Shown: in pieces, positions 50,595-63,830 of the stretch
How positions within the stretch are numbered: the stretch's first letter is position 1
Layout: each line of letters opens with the position of its first letter
Origin: Pristiophorus japonicus
Taxonomy: Eukaryota
NCBI RefSeq assembly: GCF_044704955.1
Contig: NC_091984.1
Span: forward strand, 115,754,001-115,818,000
DNA length: 64,000 nt
Direction: 5' to 3'
Translations under genes and position numbers: made by a program
The notes under the pieces: model-generated
The model's input: the letters and a program-made list of their open reading frames with translations, nothing else
Database searches by the model: none
What the model was told of the DNA's origin: nothing

Positions 50595-53500
50595 TGTTAA
50601 AAATTTGGACTTATATTTACTCTGTACAGCCATCAGAGGGCTCATTCCCCGGAGTCCCAAGGGATCCCATAATCTCTTGGGAGCACAGGTATTTAAGAAA
50701 GCTTCACAGGTTGGAGAGGCACTCTGGAGACCTGCAATAAAAGACTAAGGTCACACTTTATTTTGAGCTCACAGTGTTCAGCCTGACTCTTTCTCCATAC
50801 ACTACAACTGGCGACGAGATACAGATAGCGAACCCAAAGATGCAGAGAACAGTGAGCATCCTGGAAAAATTTTCAGAGTGAGATGATTGGGAAACTTTTG
50901 TGGAGCTAGATGGGGAAGAGAGCTGCCAAATTTAGAGCGATTCTCCTCACCGCCTGTGGGGCACCAATGAATGGCCTCATGAAGAATCTGCTCACTCCAG
51001 CAAAATCCATGGAGAAATTGTATGACGATTTGTGCACACTGGTCCGGGAGCATTTGAACCCAAAGGAAAGTGTTCAGATGGCGAGGTACCGGTTCAACAC
51101 CTACAAAAGGTCTGAAGGCCAGGAAGTGCTGAGTTATGTCGCCGAGCTGAGACGCCTTGCAAGACATTGCGAATTTGAAGGACATTTGGAGCATATGCTC
51201 AGAGACTTTTTCGTACTTGGCATTGGCCATGAAACCATGCTTCGCAAGCTTTTGATAGTAGAAACCCCAACCTTGAGTAAGGCCATAGCGATAGCCCAGG
51301 CGTTCATTGCCACCAGTGACAATACTAAGCAAATCTCTCAGCACACAAGTGCTGCTACAAATACTGTGAACAAAGTGATGTTTTCGAATCGTAATGTGCA
51401 GGGCAGGTCACACATATCTGCAGCTACATGTCCGCAGATGTCTCAGATTCCACCATCAAGGGTGATGAATGCAAGGTCATTAACACCTTGCTGGCGCTGC
51501 GGGGATGATCATCGTTTCCATTCATGCCGATTCAAAGGATACGTTTGCAAGGGCTGTAGAACAATGGGACACCTTCAATGAGTGTGCAGGCGAGCTGCTA
51601 AACCTGTTAAACCTGCAAACCACCACGTTGCAGAGGAGGACAGATCCACGGAGGATCACTATGAACCAGAGCCCAGATAGAGGAGGCAGAGGTACATGGG
51701 GTGCACACATTCACCACAAATTGTCCCCTGATAATGCTGAATGTTGAACTAAATGGACTCCCGGTGTCAATGGAGCTGGACACGGGCGCGAGCCAGTCCA
51801 TCATGGGCAAAAAGACTTTCAAAAGGTTGTGGTGCAACAAGGCCTCAAGGCCAGTCTTAACTCCAGTTCGCATGAGACTAAGAACTTACACGAAAGAACT
51901 GATTCCTGTTATTGGCAATGCAACCGTAAAGGTCTCCTACGATGGAGCGGTGCACAAGCTATACCACTCTCGGTGGTACCGGGTGATGGTCTCACGCTGC
52001 ATGGCAGGAAAGATACGCTGGAACTGGGACGACGTCCGAGCGCTATCGCCCGCTGACGACACTTTGTGTGCCCAGGTCTTAAACAAATTTCCTCCGCTAT
52101 TCGAAGCAGGCATCGGGAAATTCCAAGGAGCAAAAGTGCAGATCCACCTAATTCCGGGGGCGCGACCCATCCATCACAAGGCGAGAGCAGTACCATACAT
52201 GATAAGAGAAAGGGTAGAGATCGAGCTCGACCGGCTGCAACAAGAAGGCATCATTTCACTGATCGAGTTCAGCGAGCGGGCCAGTCCTATTGTCCCAGTC
52301 CTAAAGGGAGACAGCACCGTCAGAATCTGTGGCGATTACAAAGTAACTATCAATCGTTTCTCCTTGCAGGACCAATACTCACCACCAAAAGCCGATGACC
52401 TCTTTGCAACGCTGGCGGGAGGAAAGACGTTCACGAAACTGGATCTGACTTCAACCTACATGACGCAGGAACTGGAGGAATCATCGAAGGCCCTCACCTG
52501 CATCAACATGCACAAAGGTCTTATAACAGATGCCCGTTTGGAATCCGATCAGCGGCGGCGATATTCCAGAGAAACATGGAAAGTTTACTGAAGTTGGTCC
52601 CACACACCGTGGTCTTCCAGGACAACATCTTGGTCACAGGTCGGAACATAGTCGAGCACCAGCACAACCTGGAGGAGGCTCTTAGTCGACTCAACAGCGT
52701 GGGGCTCAGGTTAAAATGCTTGAATTGTGTTTTCCTGGCGCCTGAAGTGGAGTTCCTGGGAGGGAGGATTGCGGCGGACGGCATCAGGCCCACCAACGCG
52801 AAGACGGAGGCAATCGAGAACGCACCGAGGCCACAGAACGTGATGGAGCTGCGGTCATTTCTGGGACTCTTGAACTACTTTGGTAACTTCTTACCGGGTC
52901 TCAGCACACTGCTAGAACCACTACATGTCTTACTACGAAAAGGGGGCGAATGGGTTTGGGGCAAAAGCCAAGAAAATGCCTTTGAAAAAGTGAGAAAATT
53001 GTTATGCTCAAACAAGTTGCTTGTGATGTATGATCCATGTAAGCATTTGGTACTAACATGTGATGCGTCGTCATATGGCGTCGGGTGTGTATTGCAACAA
53101 GCTAATGATTTCGGGAAACTGCAACTGGTTGCTTATGCATCCCGGAGTCTGGAGTCTGTCTAAGGCCGAGAGAGCCTACAGCATGATTGAAAAAGAAGCA
53201 TTAGCGTGTGTCTTTGGGGTAAAGAAAATGCATCAATACCTGTTTGGGCTAAAATTCGAATTGGAAATTGACGATAAGCCACTTATATCCCTGTTTTCCG
53301 AGAGTAAAGGAATAAATATCAATGCATCGGCCCACATCCAGAGATGGGCGCTCACGTTGTCCGCATACAACAACGCCATCCGCCACAGGCCAGGCACAGA
53401 AAACTGCGCCGATGCTCTCAGTAGGCTGCCATTGCCCACCACGGGGGTGGAAATGGTGTAGTCCGCAGATCTAGCCATGGTTACGGAAGCATTTGAGAGT

Positions 53501-55099
53501 GAGCAATCACCCGTCACTGCCTGGCAGATCAAAACCTGGACAAGCCAGGACCCCTTATTATCTCTAGTCAAAAGCTGTGTGCTTCATGGGAGCTGGTCCA
53601 GTGTCCCAGTGGAAATGCAGGAAGAGATAAAGCTGTTCCAGCAGCGCAAAGATGAAATGTCTATGCAGGCAGATTGCCTTCTGTGGGGCAATCGCGTAGT
53701 GGTCCCCAAGAAGGGCAGAGACATCTTCACCAATGACCTCCACAGTACCCACCCAGGCATCGTAATGATGAAAGCGATAGCCAGATCCCACGTGTGGTGG
53801 CCCGGTATCGCTGTGGACTTAGAGTCCTGCGTTCACAGATATAATACATGCTCGCAGTTAAGTAATGTACCCAGGGAGGCACCACTAAGTTTATGGTCTT
53901 GACCCTCCAAACCGTGGTGTGGGGTACACGTCGACTATGCAGGCCCGTTCTTGGGTAAGATGTTCCTTGTGGTTGTAGACGTGTACTCCAAGTGGATTGA
54001 ATGTGAGATAATGTCGGCTAGCACATCCGCTGCCACCACTGAAAGCCTGTGGGCCATGTTTGCCACTCACGGCTTACCCGATGTCCTGGTGATTGACAAC
54101 GGGCCATGTTTTACCAGTGCTGAGTTCAAAGAATTCATGACCCGTAACGGGATCAAACATGTCACATCTGCCCCATTTAAACCAGCATCCAATGGTCAGG
54201 CAGAGAGAGCAGTGCAAACCATCAAGCAAGGCTTGAAGAGGGTAACTGAAGGCTCACTGCAGACTCACCTATCCCGAGTCCTGCTTAGCTACCACACGAG
54301 ACCACATTCACTGGGATCCCATCTGCTGAACTGCTCTTGAAAAGAGCACTTAAGACAAGGCTCTCGTTAGTTCACCCTGATCTACATGAACAGGTAGAGA
54401 GCAGGCGGCTTCAACAAAGTGCATATACCATGATAGCGCAAATGTGTCACGTGAGATTGAAGTCAATGATCCTGTATTTGTATTAAATTATGGACAAGGT
54501 CCCAAGTGGCTTCCCGGCACTGTCATGGCCAAAGAGGGGAGCAGGGTGTTTCGGGTCAAATTGTCAAATGGACTCATTCACCGGAAACACTAGGACCAAA
54601 TCAAACTCAGATTCATGGACTATCCTGAGCAACCCACCTTGGATCCTACCTTTTTTGATCCTCCAACATACACACCAGTAGCAACCGACAACACGGTTGA
54701 CCACGAAGCAGAACCCATCATCCACAGCAGCCCTGCATGGCAAGGCCAGCTGCACAGCAGCCCAGCAAGGGCCCAACAAATAATTCAACAACACCAGCTT
54801 TCACACCGAGACGATCAACCAGGGCAAGAAAGGCCCCAGATCGACTCACATTGTAAATAGTTACACTATTGACTTTGGGGGGGAATGTTATTATATATTG
54901 GACTTGTATGTACCCTGTACAGCCACCAGAGGGCTCATTCCCTGGAGTCCCAAGGGATCCCATAATCCCTTGGGAGCACAGGTATTTAAGAAGGTTTCAC
55001 AGGTTGGAGAGGCACTCTGGAGACCTGCAATAAAAGACTAAGGTCACACTTTACTTTGAGCTCACAGTGTTCAGTCTGACTCTTTCTCCATACACAATA
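50595..55099 (+). mobile_element. Gypsy/Ty3 LTR retrotransposon, full length, frameshifted
   Basis: LTRs ~50595-50806 and ~54886-55099; PBS TGGCGACGAG; PPT tgggggggaa; imperfect TSD ATTAC/ATTCC; gag, LDTGA protease, RT, RNase H and integrase ORF fragments. Confidence 0.95.
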
Positions 55100-55657
55100 A
55101 TTCCCCAGCTCCATCGGAATACCACTCAAATATCGGCCAGTGCTCAGTGGAAAATTTGTCTATTTTAACAAACATCTCCCTTCTCCAGAGCTTAACAGCA
55201 TTCAGGTGAAAGGGTAGGCCAGCATCTACTATAGGCCTCTGTAAATGCTGGTTTATAACTGGTCATTTGGATCTGTATGAAGGCTGCTCAAAGTGACTCA
55301 TTCTCCCATTTCTCCCTCTCTCTCCCACCTGAGCTCTGCTTGTTACTACTCTTGCTGAGCCCAGGATCGTATTGTGTGGGGAATCGCAACCACAAGCATA
55401 CATCTTACCCTGTTGGGCAGATTCAGAAAATGTCACATGTTAAATAAACGTGGCCTTGCCAGGTCATAAAAATGCTGAGGTCACAAAATCCAGCGTGCTC
55501 AACGCGTAAAACGTGATGCGGTACTGAGGCATACAGACCAGGAAGTTCCCAAGATCAATCGCTGGTCTATTTTGAGTTAACTGATGTCAGCCTCAGTGGT
55601 CTTGGACTGGGGAAGAGTAAAACTAGCCACAATTCTCATTTCTGTTCACTGTCCTTT

Positions 55658-56105
55658 GTCAGCCGTGGCTCAGTGGCTCTTGCCTCTGAGTCATAAGGTT
55701 GTGGGTTCAAGAGACTTGAATTCCAGGGACTTGAGCACGTAATCTAGGCTGACACTTCAATGTACTGCTGAGAGAGTGTTACATTGTCAGAGATGTCATC
55801 TTTTGGACGAGGCATTAAACCGAGACCCCATCTGCCCTCCTAGGTGGACATAAAAGATCCCACACAAAAACTTCAAAGAAGAGCAGGGGAGTTCTCCCCA
55901 CCAGTGTCCTGGACAATATTTATCCCTCAATCAACATCACGAATAAAATACAGATTATTTTGTCATTATCACATTGCTGTTTGTGGGACCTTGCAGCAAA
56001 TTCACTGCCACATTTCCTGCATTACAACTTCAAAAGTATTTCATTGGCTGTAAAATGCTTTGGGATGTCCTGAGGTCGTGAAAGGAGCTGTAGAAGTCTT
56101 TCTTT
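55658..56105 (+). mobile_element. tRNA-headed SINE with L2-type tail (SacSINE1/DeuSINE-like)
   Basis: gtcagccgtggctcagtgg, ggttcaag, ctaggctgacac, then tail tgctttgggatgtcctgaggtcgtgaaagg. Confidence 0.82.
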
Positions 56106-56882
56106 CTCTACTGGGAATAATTGTGTATATGTGGGATCAAGCTCAATTGTGATGCTTTCAATTGCTGAATAACCTACTGTTATTCACAATCGAAGGGTCG
56201 ACGGTGCCTGTGGAGCCGAGCCTCTGTATGAGTCAGCATCTTCAGCGGCGCGGGGAGAGGTGGGTGTGTGCGGGGGGTGAGGGGAGAGAATTAGGAGAAA
56301 AGGAAAAAAGGAAGAGATCTGAGGTCATTGATTAAAGTGAACATTTATGGATTCAACAATTTAATAGGTATTTTCTATAGTCAAATCATTAAACCTGAGG
56401 GGTGAACATGACGGGAATGGCCTCCGTACTATACAATCATCTGACGGCAGTTGAATGCAGTGAGAAATACATCAATGTTTCACTTCTTCTTTAGTTAACT
56501 GCTTTGTTTGCCTTGCACGTTATTTCACAAAGTATAATGACTTGGCAAACCCACAACCACTTCTTCTTTTTAACCTCAAGCCATCAGCGAACATATTTGC
56601 ACAACTGAGGAAAAGCAACTGTCCCAAGTTGATAGTTTTTCGCCCAATGTAATGCAGGATTTGAAAACCCTATTTTAAAAATTAGAATTTTAGTTTTATA
56701 GCAGATGGGAACAGCTACGTAGAATCTCGGTCAGTTTACTCCCACTTACTGGTGAGCAGAATAGTACAATGTAAGCGTTAACGACACAAACAGTGCTAAC
56801 ATCACTCTGTGTCTTTCTGCTATGGGTTTAATATAATTGATTACTGACACTCAACAAAAACAGCCAGGCTGTGCACTCTGTT

Positions 56883-59800
56883 TTCGCTCCGCGTGAGGGC
56901 GGGGTCCGCGTACTGGCATTTTAACATCCAGCTGCTGGAGGACGTGCGGTTCCAGGACTCGTTCTGTCGTTTCTGGGCCGACTGGAGAAGGAAACAGGGG
57001 GGCTTCCCCTCCTTGAGGCTATGGTGGGACGTGGGCAAGGTTCACGTCCGTGTCTTCTGTCAAGAGTATGTGAGGGGGTCGACCAAGAGGCGGGCGGCCA
57101 GGGTCGGGTGCCTAGAAAAAGAGGTTACTCGATCTGGAATCCCTTCTCGGTCAAGTTGTCGAGGACCCGGCCCTGCGGACAGTGTACGAAGCGAAGAAGG
57201 CCGCGCTGAAGGACCTGCAGTTCGTCGGGTCCCGAGGCCCATTTGTGAGGTTGCGGATCCGGTTCCTGCGGGATCTGGACCGCGGCTCCCCCTTCTTCTA
57301 CTCGCTGATGCTGCTGGCCGATGACGGTTCTCTCGTCTCAGATCCGGAGGGCGTCAGCAACAGGGCCTGAGACTATTACGGGGCTCTGTTCTCTCCGGAG
57401 CCATCCAGCGAGGAAGCGCGTAGAGTTTTGTGGCAGGACCTGCCGAAGGTCGGCCCGGAGGGTGCCGAAAATCTGGAAGCTCCGCTAAGCCTGGCGGAGC
57501 TGACCGGCGCCCTCGACTGGCTCTCGAGGGGAAAAGCCCTGGGGCTGGACGTGCTGACCGTGGAGTTCCACAGGGTGTTCTGGGACGTCCTGGGAAGCGA
57601 CTACGCGCGGGTCCTGGGGGAAAGTCTGGCGACCGGGGAGATGCCCCTCTCTTGGCGCAGGGCAGTCATCGTCCTGCTGCCTAAGAAGGGCGATCTCCGC
57701 CTACTTAAGAACTGGCGCCTGGTCTCCCTCCTCAGCACGGAATACAAAATCTTCGCCAGGGTGATGTCTGCTCACCTTGGCGCCGTGCTGGACCACATGA
57801 TCCACCCCGACCAGTCCTACACGGTCCCGGGCCGGACAATCCACGATAACATCCATCTGATCCGGGACATCATCCATCACTCCCAGGAGGCTGGTCTGTC
57901 GGTTGCCTTCCTATCCCTCGACCAAAAGAAGGCGTTCGACAGGGTGGATCACGATTATCTGTTCGGAACTCTGTGTGCTTTTGGGTGCGGGACGCATTTC
58001 GTTGCCCGGATCCGACTTTTGCACGCTGCCGCAGAGTGTCTGATTAAGGTTAACGGGTCCTTGATGGTGCCCCTTCGCTTTAGGAGAGGGGTGCGCCAGG
58101 GATGCCCCATGTCCGGCCAGTTATACGCCATCTGCGTGGAGCCTTTCCTGTGCCTCCTGTGGACGAGGTTGATGGGACTGGCTCTGCAAGGGCCGGGCGT
58201 GGAGGTCGTCCTCTCGGCTTACGCCGATGACGTGCTCCTCGCGGTAGAGGATCCCGTTGACCTGCGGAGGATGCGTGAGTGCCAGGAGATTTACTCAGCC
58301 GCATCCTCCACCAGGATCAACTGGGAGAAATGTTCTGGACTCCTGGTGGGTCAGTGGCGGGTGGACTCCCTGCCGGAGGAGCTCAGGCCTTTTGCCTGGA
58401 GCACGACCCATCTCCTCTACCTGGGAGTCTACCTTAGCCCCGACGAGGAAGCCTGGCCGGCGAACTGGCAAGAGCTGGAGGCCAAGGTCGCCGCTTATCT
58501 AGGGCGCTGGACAGGACTGCTCCGAGTGCTGTCCTACAGGGGTCGAGCGCTAGTCATAAACCAGCTGGTGGCCGCTATGCTGTGGTACCGGCTGGTCACT
58601 TTGACCCCTCCCCCTGCGTTTGTCGCCAAGATACAGAAGAAGCTGGTAGACTTCTTCTGGAACAACAGGAAGCACTGGGTCTCTGCCGCGGTCTTGAGTC
58701 TCCCGCTTCGGGAGGGCGGTCAGTCGTTGGTGTGCGTCAGCACCCAGCTAGCGACTTTCTGTCTTCAGACCCTGCAGAGATACCTTTACGTTGAGCCCCC
58801 TCCTAGGTGGCGTGCGCTGGCGACGTATTTCTTCCGCCAACAGCACGGCCTCAACTACGACACGCAGCTCCTGTTTGTGAGCTTGGGGGGCGTCAGGACC
58901 GCCGTCCAGGGGCTGCCTGTCTTTTACCAGGAACTCATCAGGGTCTGGAACAAAGTCTCCACCAAGCACAGCTCTCCACCGGCTGGAGTGGCGGCCGTCC
59001 TGCAGGAGCCGCTGCTCGGGAATCCGTACCTCCACGGCCGAGCTTTTAGGTGGCAGTCGGACGAGAGGGCTGTGGCTGGTGAGGTGACCAGGGTCAGGGA
59101 CCTGCTCGATGGAGGAGGAGTGGGCTGGATGGCGCCAGACATGCTGGCACAGCGCCTAAATTCTGCCAACGTCCGCCGCACGGCCGATGCCATTGAGTCG
59201 CTAAAAACAGCTCTGGGTCCTGACTCCATTTGGTGTGTCGAGGAGGCTCAAGCACGTGGGGAGATCCCGTCCGAACTGACCCCCGTCCGGACGGAATTCC
59301 TTATCGGCGCCAAGCCCCGGAACCTTCCTCGGGAGCCGGTGCTTCACAACTTGAGCTGCCTCGGGGAAATCCCCTCTGTGCCTTTCAGTTCCGCGCGGAG
59401 GGGTTTCCTGTACGGGCTGCTCCTGCACACTCTCAACTTCGCCATCCTCGCCTGCCGTCCCGACACGCCATGGCATACCATCTTGCCGTCCGGAGGGGGT
59501 GGGGGTCCCCGATGGAGTGCACTCTACGCGGGAGTCCTCCTACTATTTATCGGGGACTTGGCCTGGAGGGTGGTGCACGGAGCAGTCCCGTGCAATAAAT
59601 TTTTAAGCCGGTTCACGGGCTCCCAGGCCGCCTGCAATTTCTGCGGTCTGGAAGAGTCCGTGTTCCACGTTTTTATGGAGTGTGTGAGGTTGCAGCCCCT
59701 GTTCCATTATTTAAAGGGGCTGCTCCTCAATTTCTGGTTGCGCTTCAGTCCCACACTCCTGATCTTTGGGCACCCTGTGCGGAGGGGAGCGGGTAGGTCC

Positions 59801-60283
59801 GAAGGCCTCCTCGTAGGACTGCTCCTGGGCACGGCCAAGGGTGCCATCAGCCGGTCCAGGCAGTGGGCGGTCGAGAGGGCCGTTCAGCCCGACTGCCTGC
59901 CTCTCTTCCATGCGTACACCTGCGCCAGGGTGTCCTTAGAGATGGAGATCACAGTGTCCACCGGTACGCTCGCGGCCTTCCGTGAGAGGTGGGCGCCGGA
60001 GGGACTGGAGTGCATTATTACCCCTGGCAACCAAATTTTAATTTGATTTTATATGTTTTAAAGTTTAATTTGTTTTAATTGCTGGTTTTACTGTCCCCTC
60101 CCCTTTTATAGGGGGCACTTGTAAAATATACGATTTTAATGCCCAAAAAAAAACCACAAAAAAAACTACAAAAATACAAAAAAAACAAAAAAAACAAAAA
60201 TGGGCATTGGAAAATGTTTGGAGTGGCCCCCAGATTGGGGGGCACTTGATTTAAATGTTTTATTTTGTCTTCTCTAAAAGAGT
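56883..60283 (+). mobile_element. Tx1-clade non-LTR retrotransposon, 5'-truncated
   Basis: 13-bp TSD TGTGCACTCTGTT at 56870-56882 and 60284-60296; GC- and CpG-rich body; YWHFN..LL and WWDVGK motifs typical of L1/Tx1 ORF2. Confidence 0.9.
57428..60046 (+). CDS. Tx1 ORF2 open segment: RT domain and C-terminal CCHC finger (872 aa)
   Basis: LLPKKGD..NWRLVSLL, DQKKAFDRV, GVRQGCPMSG, AYADD, YLG, CNFCGLEESVFHVFMEC. Confidence 0.88.
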   Translation: MWQDLPKVGPEGAENLEAPLSLAELTGALDWLSRGKALGLDVLTVEFHRVFWDVLGSDYARVLGESLATGEMPLSWRRAVIVLLPKKGDLRLLKNWRLVSLLSTEYKIFARVMSAHLGAVLDHMIHPDQSYTVPGRTIHDNIHLIRDIIHHSQEAGLSVAFLSLDQKKAFDRVDHDYLFGTLCAFGCGTHFVARIRLLHAAAECLIKVNGSLMVPLRFRRGVRQGCPMSGQLYAICVEPFLCLLWTRLMGLALQGPGVEVVLSAYADDVLLAVEDPVDLRRMRECQEIYSAASSTRINWEKCSGLLVGQWRVDSLPEELRPFAWSTTHLLYLGVYLSPDEEAWPANWQELEAKVAAYLGRWTGLLRVLSYRGRALVINQLVAAMLWYRLVTLTPPPAFVAKIQKKLVDFFWNNRKHWVSAAVLSLPLREGGQSLVCVSTQLATFCLQTLQRYLYVEPPPRWRALATYFFRQQHGLNYDTQLLFVSLGGVRTAVQGLPVFYQELIRVWNKVSTKHSSPPAGVAAVLQEPLLGNPYLHGRAFRWQSDERAVAGEVTRVRDLLDGGGVGWMAPDMLAQRLNSANVRRTADAIESLKTALGPDSIWCVEEAQARGEIPSELTPVRTEFLIGAKPRNLPREPVLHNLSCLGEIPSVPFSSARRGFLYGLLLHTLNFAILACRPDTPWHTILPSGGGGGPRWSALYAGVLLLFIGDLAWRVVHGAVPCNKFLSRFTGSQAACNFCGLEESVFHVFMECVRLQPLFHYLKGLLLNFWLRFSPTLLIFGHPVRRGAGRSEGLLVGLLLGTAKGAISRSRQWAVERAVQPDCLPLFHAYTCARVSLEMEITVSTGTLAAFRERWAPEGLECIITPGNQILI

Positions 60284-60329
60284 TGTGCACTCTGTTCTTC
60301 TAAGGGACATATCACCCTGACACTAGGGC

Positions 60330-60497
60330 GGAGTAATTTTAATCTAACCTGCCCAGCAGAAACTCACGAGATCGAATCGGTCACCCATTTTACACCTGGC
60401 CCGATTTGACCTTTCATTGACTTTATGGCGAGGTGTAAAATGGACGGCCAATCTGATCTCATCAGTTTCCCTGGGTGGGTCAAGTTAAAATTACCTC
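60330..60497. mobile_element. Short palindromic MITE
   Basis: Imperfect TIR gtaattttaatctaacctgcccag / ctgggtgggtcaagttaaaattac. Confidence 0.6.
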
Positions 60498-61309
60498 TAG
60501 AAATCACATTTTGTTCTTTTGTTTCCTTCCAAATCCTCCCCCGCCCCCACCCCATCTTTTCTTGTGCTCCTGACAATACCACCTGATACTTTGCCGATTC
60601 TCAACGAATCAGCCTGGACAGTCAGCGTTGTGTTGGCAGGCTGCTTTGACCAGGCTTGATCCTGATACCCAATCTCCACTGACAGATGCTTAACATCCAG
60701 TGTGGTAGGAGTGGCAACCCTGGCTGATTTGACCCTTTCCCAGACTAGGGTCACTGAGCTCTAACAACTCAGTATAAACTGGCAATTGAACCTGGCCTCG
60801 TGCAAAACTTGATATCTTAAGCCTCCACGCCACAAGGGGGAGCACTACTGGAATGTCTCTTAATATGGCCAACAGACATAAGCCAACGTGCTTCATATCA
60901 ATTTGAAATATATGACAGGATTTGTAAAATAAAAGAAATGATTAAACTTTACTGATCCATTATGAGGCAATATTTAATGATATTCAGCAATGCTAATTAT
61001 TTTCACCAACATTGTATTAATGGATAAACAGATATACTTACGTACGTTGCTCTGAATGGGCTGCCGGGGCTAAATTAAGGTGCAGGAATCGGAATGGGCA
61101 ACATAGAATTCCATGTAGGGCCCTTTAAGATTATATGCAGTGGAAAATTTGCAAATAGTATATAAAGTAAGTACATCTCTGGATAAGGTTATATCTTAAG
61201 CGGTTTATCTAATGGTAACAGTGCTGTTGTTATCTGCAGTTAGAATCTGATTTTCATGCTGACAGTGATAATTCCATAGCTGAGGAACATAACCAACTGC
61301 AAGGGAAGC

Positions 61310-62130
61310 AAAACAACAACTCGAATCTGCAAAGTGCCTTTAACGTAAGCAAAACATCCCAAGGCACTTCACAACAGGTTCACGTCGGAAATGGATGCCT
61401 ACTCAGGATGAAAGAGATTAGGAGATGCTGCAGAAAGTTTGGCTGAAAATATGAACTTTGAGAAGGTTTCTAAAGGTGGACAGAGAATGGTGGAGGGGCA
61501 GAGTGTTCTCGGGAAAGAGTTCCAGACAGTAGTACTGATGTGATTGAAGGCCCTATGGGGTGAAGGGAGGGGAGACAAATGGAAAGGTGGAGTCAGAGGC
61601 ATAAGGGTGCTCAGAAGGGTCAGAGAGCTGTCAGAGTTTGCAGGGGTGGGGAAAGGCTGTGGATTGGTTCTAAGATAAGGACAAGGAATTTAAGGAACAT
61701 TGCAGGACAGGAAGCCAGTAAATGTTAATGAGGACAAGAGTGATGAAAATTATTTGAGACAGGAAATGAGTGATAGAGTCTTGGAGTTTACAATGGGTAA
61801 AAAATCAGAAATAAAGAAGTAAAGGTATTAGAATAACCAAGTCAGGAAGTGACAAAGACATGGTTAAGGATTTCTGCAGCAGAGGGACTGAAGTCGGGGC
61901 GGAACTGACATTGTTGTGGCGGTGGAAGTAAGTCGTCTTAATGATGGACAGGGTGCGGGTTTAAAGCTCAGCCCAGGATCAAACAATACACCCAGACGGT
62001 AAACTGCCTGGTTTAGATTGAGAGAGGGCTGGGGAGGGGATGGAGTCTGTAGCAAGGGAATAGAATTTGTGGTGGGATCAATCAATCATAGCTTTGGTCT
62101 GCCCAATGTTGAACAGGAGGAAGTCATGAT
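61310..62130 (-). mobile_element. Old L2 LINE 3' fragment
   Basis: Reverse complement tail gtgaagtgccttgggatgtttt; peptide LNLNQAVYRLGVLFDPGLSF. Confidence 0.7.
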
Positions 62131-62789
62131 CCATCCTGAATCTGAAGTCAGACAAGTGGGGTGGCTGCCACTTTAGATGCGGGCTGTTAAATTGAGTGGT
62201 ATGTATAACGGGCGCTCAATCCATTATTGCCCAGTTCCTAGTTCCGCCTAAAGTGAGAATTATCCCCAAGCAGTCTGACAGTATGTGGGCATCTGAGGAG
62301 TTGAATGAACTGGTAGAGGGGTCGAGTTGAGTGTCATAATCATACCCTGTGGTCTGCAGATGATGCAACCGAGGGACAGCATTTGTAGATCTGAGAGAGG
62401 ACGATAGATCCCTATGGGACAACAGAGGTGAAAGTGTGATGAAGAGAAGTGAAACCATTGCTACTGACTACTTTTGGATCAGTACGAATGGAACCATTCA
62501 AGAGCAATCCCACTGATGGGAATTGGATGTCAACTGTATTAAATGCCCAAATAGATCCAGGAGGACAAGAGAGATTAAGCATCATGATCACAGTCATAGA
62601 GAATGTTATTCAAGGGCCATTTTGGTGCTATGAGAGAGGCAAAACCAGACAGGAGAGATGGATGTGGAACTTGGAGGTGACAGCATATTCAAGAACCTAA
62701 CAGAGGAAATGGATGTTATATATAGGGAGTGGAAGGTTGGAGTGGGCAGGAGACATAGGAGCAAGAGTAGGCCATTCAACCTTCGAACC

Positions 62790-63830
62790 TTATCAGCATA
62801 ACCTGGATATTATCCAGGTCTTGCTACATATGCAGGGATGGACTGCCTCATTATCTGACAAATTGCGAATGGAACTGAAAAAAAGTTTTTGCAATCATCA
62901 GCAAACATCCCCACTTCTGACCTTTTGATGGAGGGAAGGTCATTGATGAAGCAGCTGAAGATGATTGGGCCCAGGACACTGCCCTGAGGAACTACTGCAA
63001 TGATACCTTTAGTTGAGATGATTGGCCTCCAACAACCACAACCATCTTTTTTAGTGTTAGGTATGATTGCAGCCAGTGGAGAGTTTTCCCCTGATCCCCA
63101 TTGACTTCAATTTTACCAGGGCTACTTGGTGCCACACTCAGTCAAATGCTTTGCTGATATCAAGGGCAGTCACTCTCACCTCACCTCTGGAATACAGTTG
63201 CTTTGTCCATGTTTAGACCAAGACACCAAGACTGTAATGCCGTCTGGAGTCGAGTGATCTCGATGGAACCCAAACTTAGCATTAATGAGCAGGTTATTGG
63301 TAAGTGCTGCTTGATAGCACTGTCGATGACACCTTCCATCACTTTGTTGATGAGTGAGAGTAGACTGATGGGGCGGTAATTGGATGGATTGGATTTGCCC
63401 TGCTTTTCGTGGACAGGAAGTACCTGGACAATTTTCCACTTTGTCAAGTAGATGCCAGTGTTGTAGCTGTACTTACTGGAACAGCTTGGCTAGAGGCGTG
63501 GCTAGTTCTGGAGAAGAGACCTTCAGCACTATAGCCTGGATATTGTCGGGGCCCATAGCCTTTGCTGTACCAGTACGTTCAGCTGTTTCTTGATATCATG
63601 TAGAGTGAAGCGAAATGGCTGAAGACTAGTAGGGACCTCAGGAGGATGCCGAGATGGATCATCCAATCAGCATTTCTAGCTGAAGGTGGTTACAAATGTT
63701 TCCGCCTTGTGTTTTGCACTCACATGCTAGGTTCTGCCATCTTTGAGGATGGGGATATTCCTCCTCTCGCTAGTTGTTTAATTGTCCACCACTATTCACG
63801 ACTGGGTGTGGCAGGACTGCAGAGCTTTGT
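62790..63830 (-). mobile_element. Degenerate CR1-superfamily LINE RT fragment
   Basis: KWKIVQVLPVHEKQGKSNPSNYRPISLLSLINKVME; reverse complement also gives ALDISKAFD-type and GSSSGQCPGP (QGS.LGP) segments. Confidence 0.75.
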
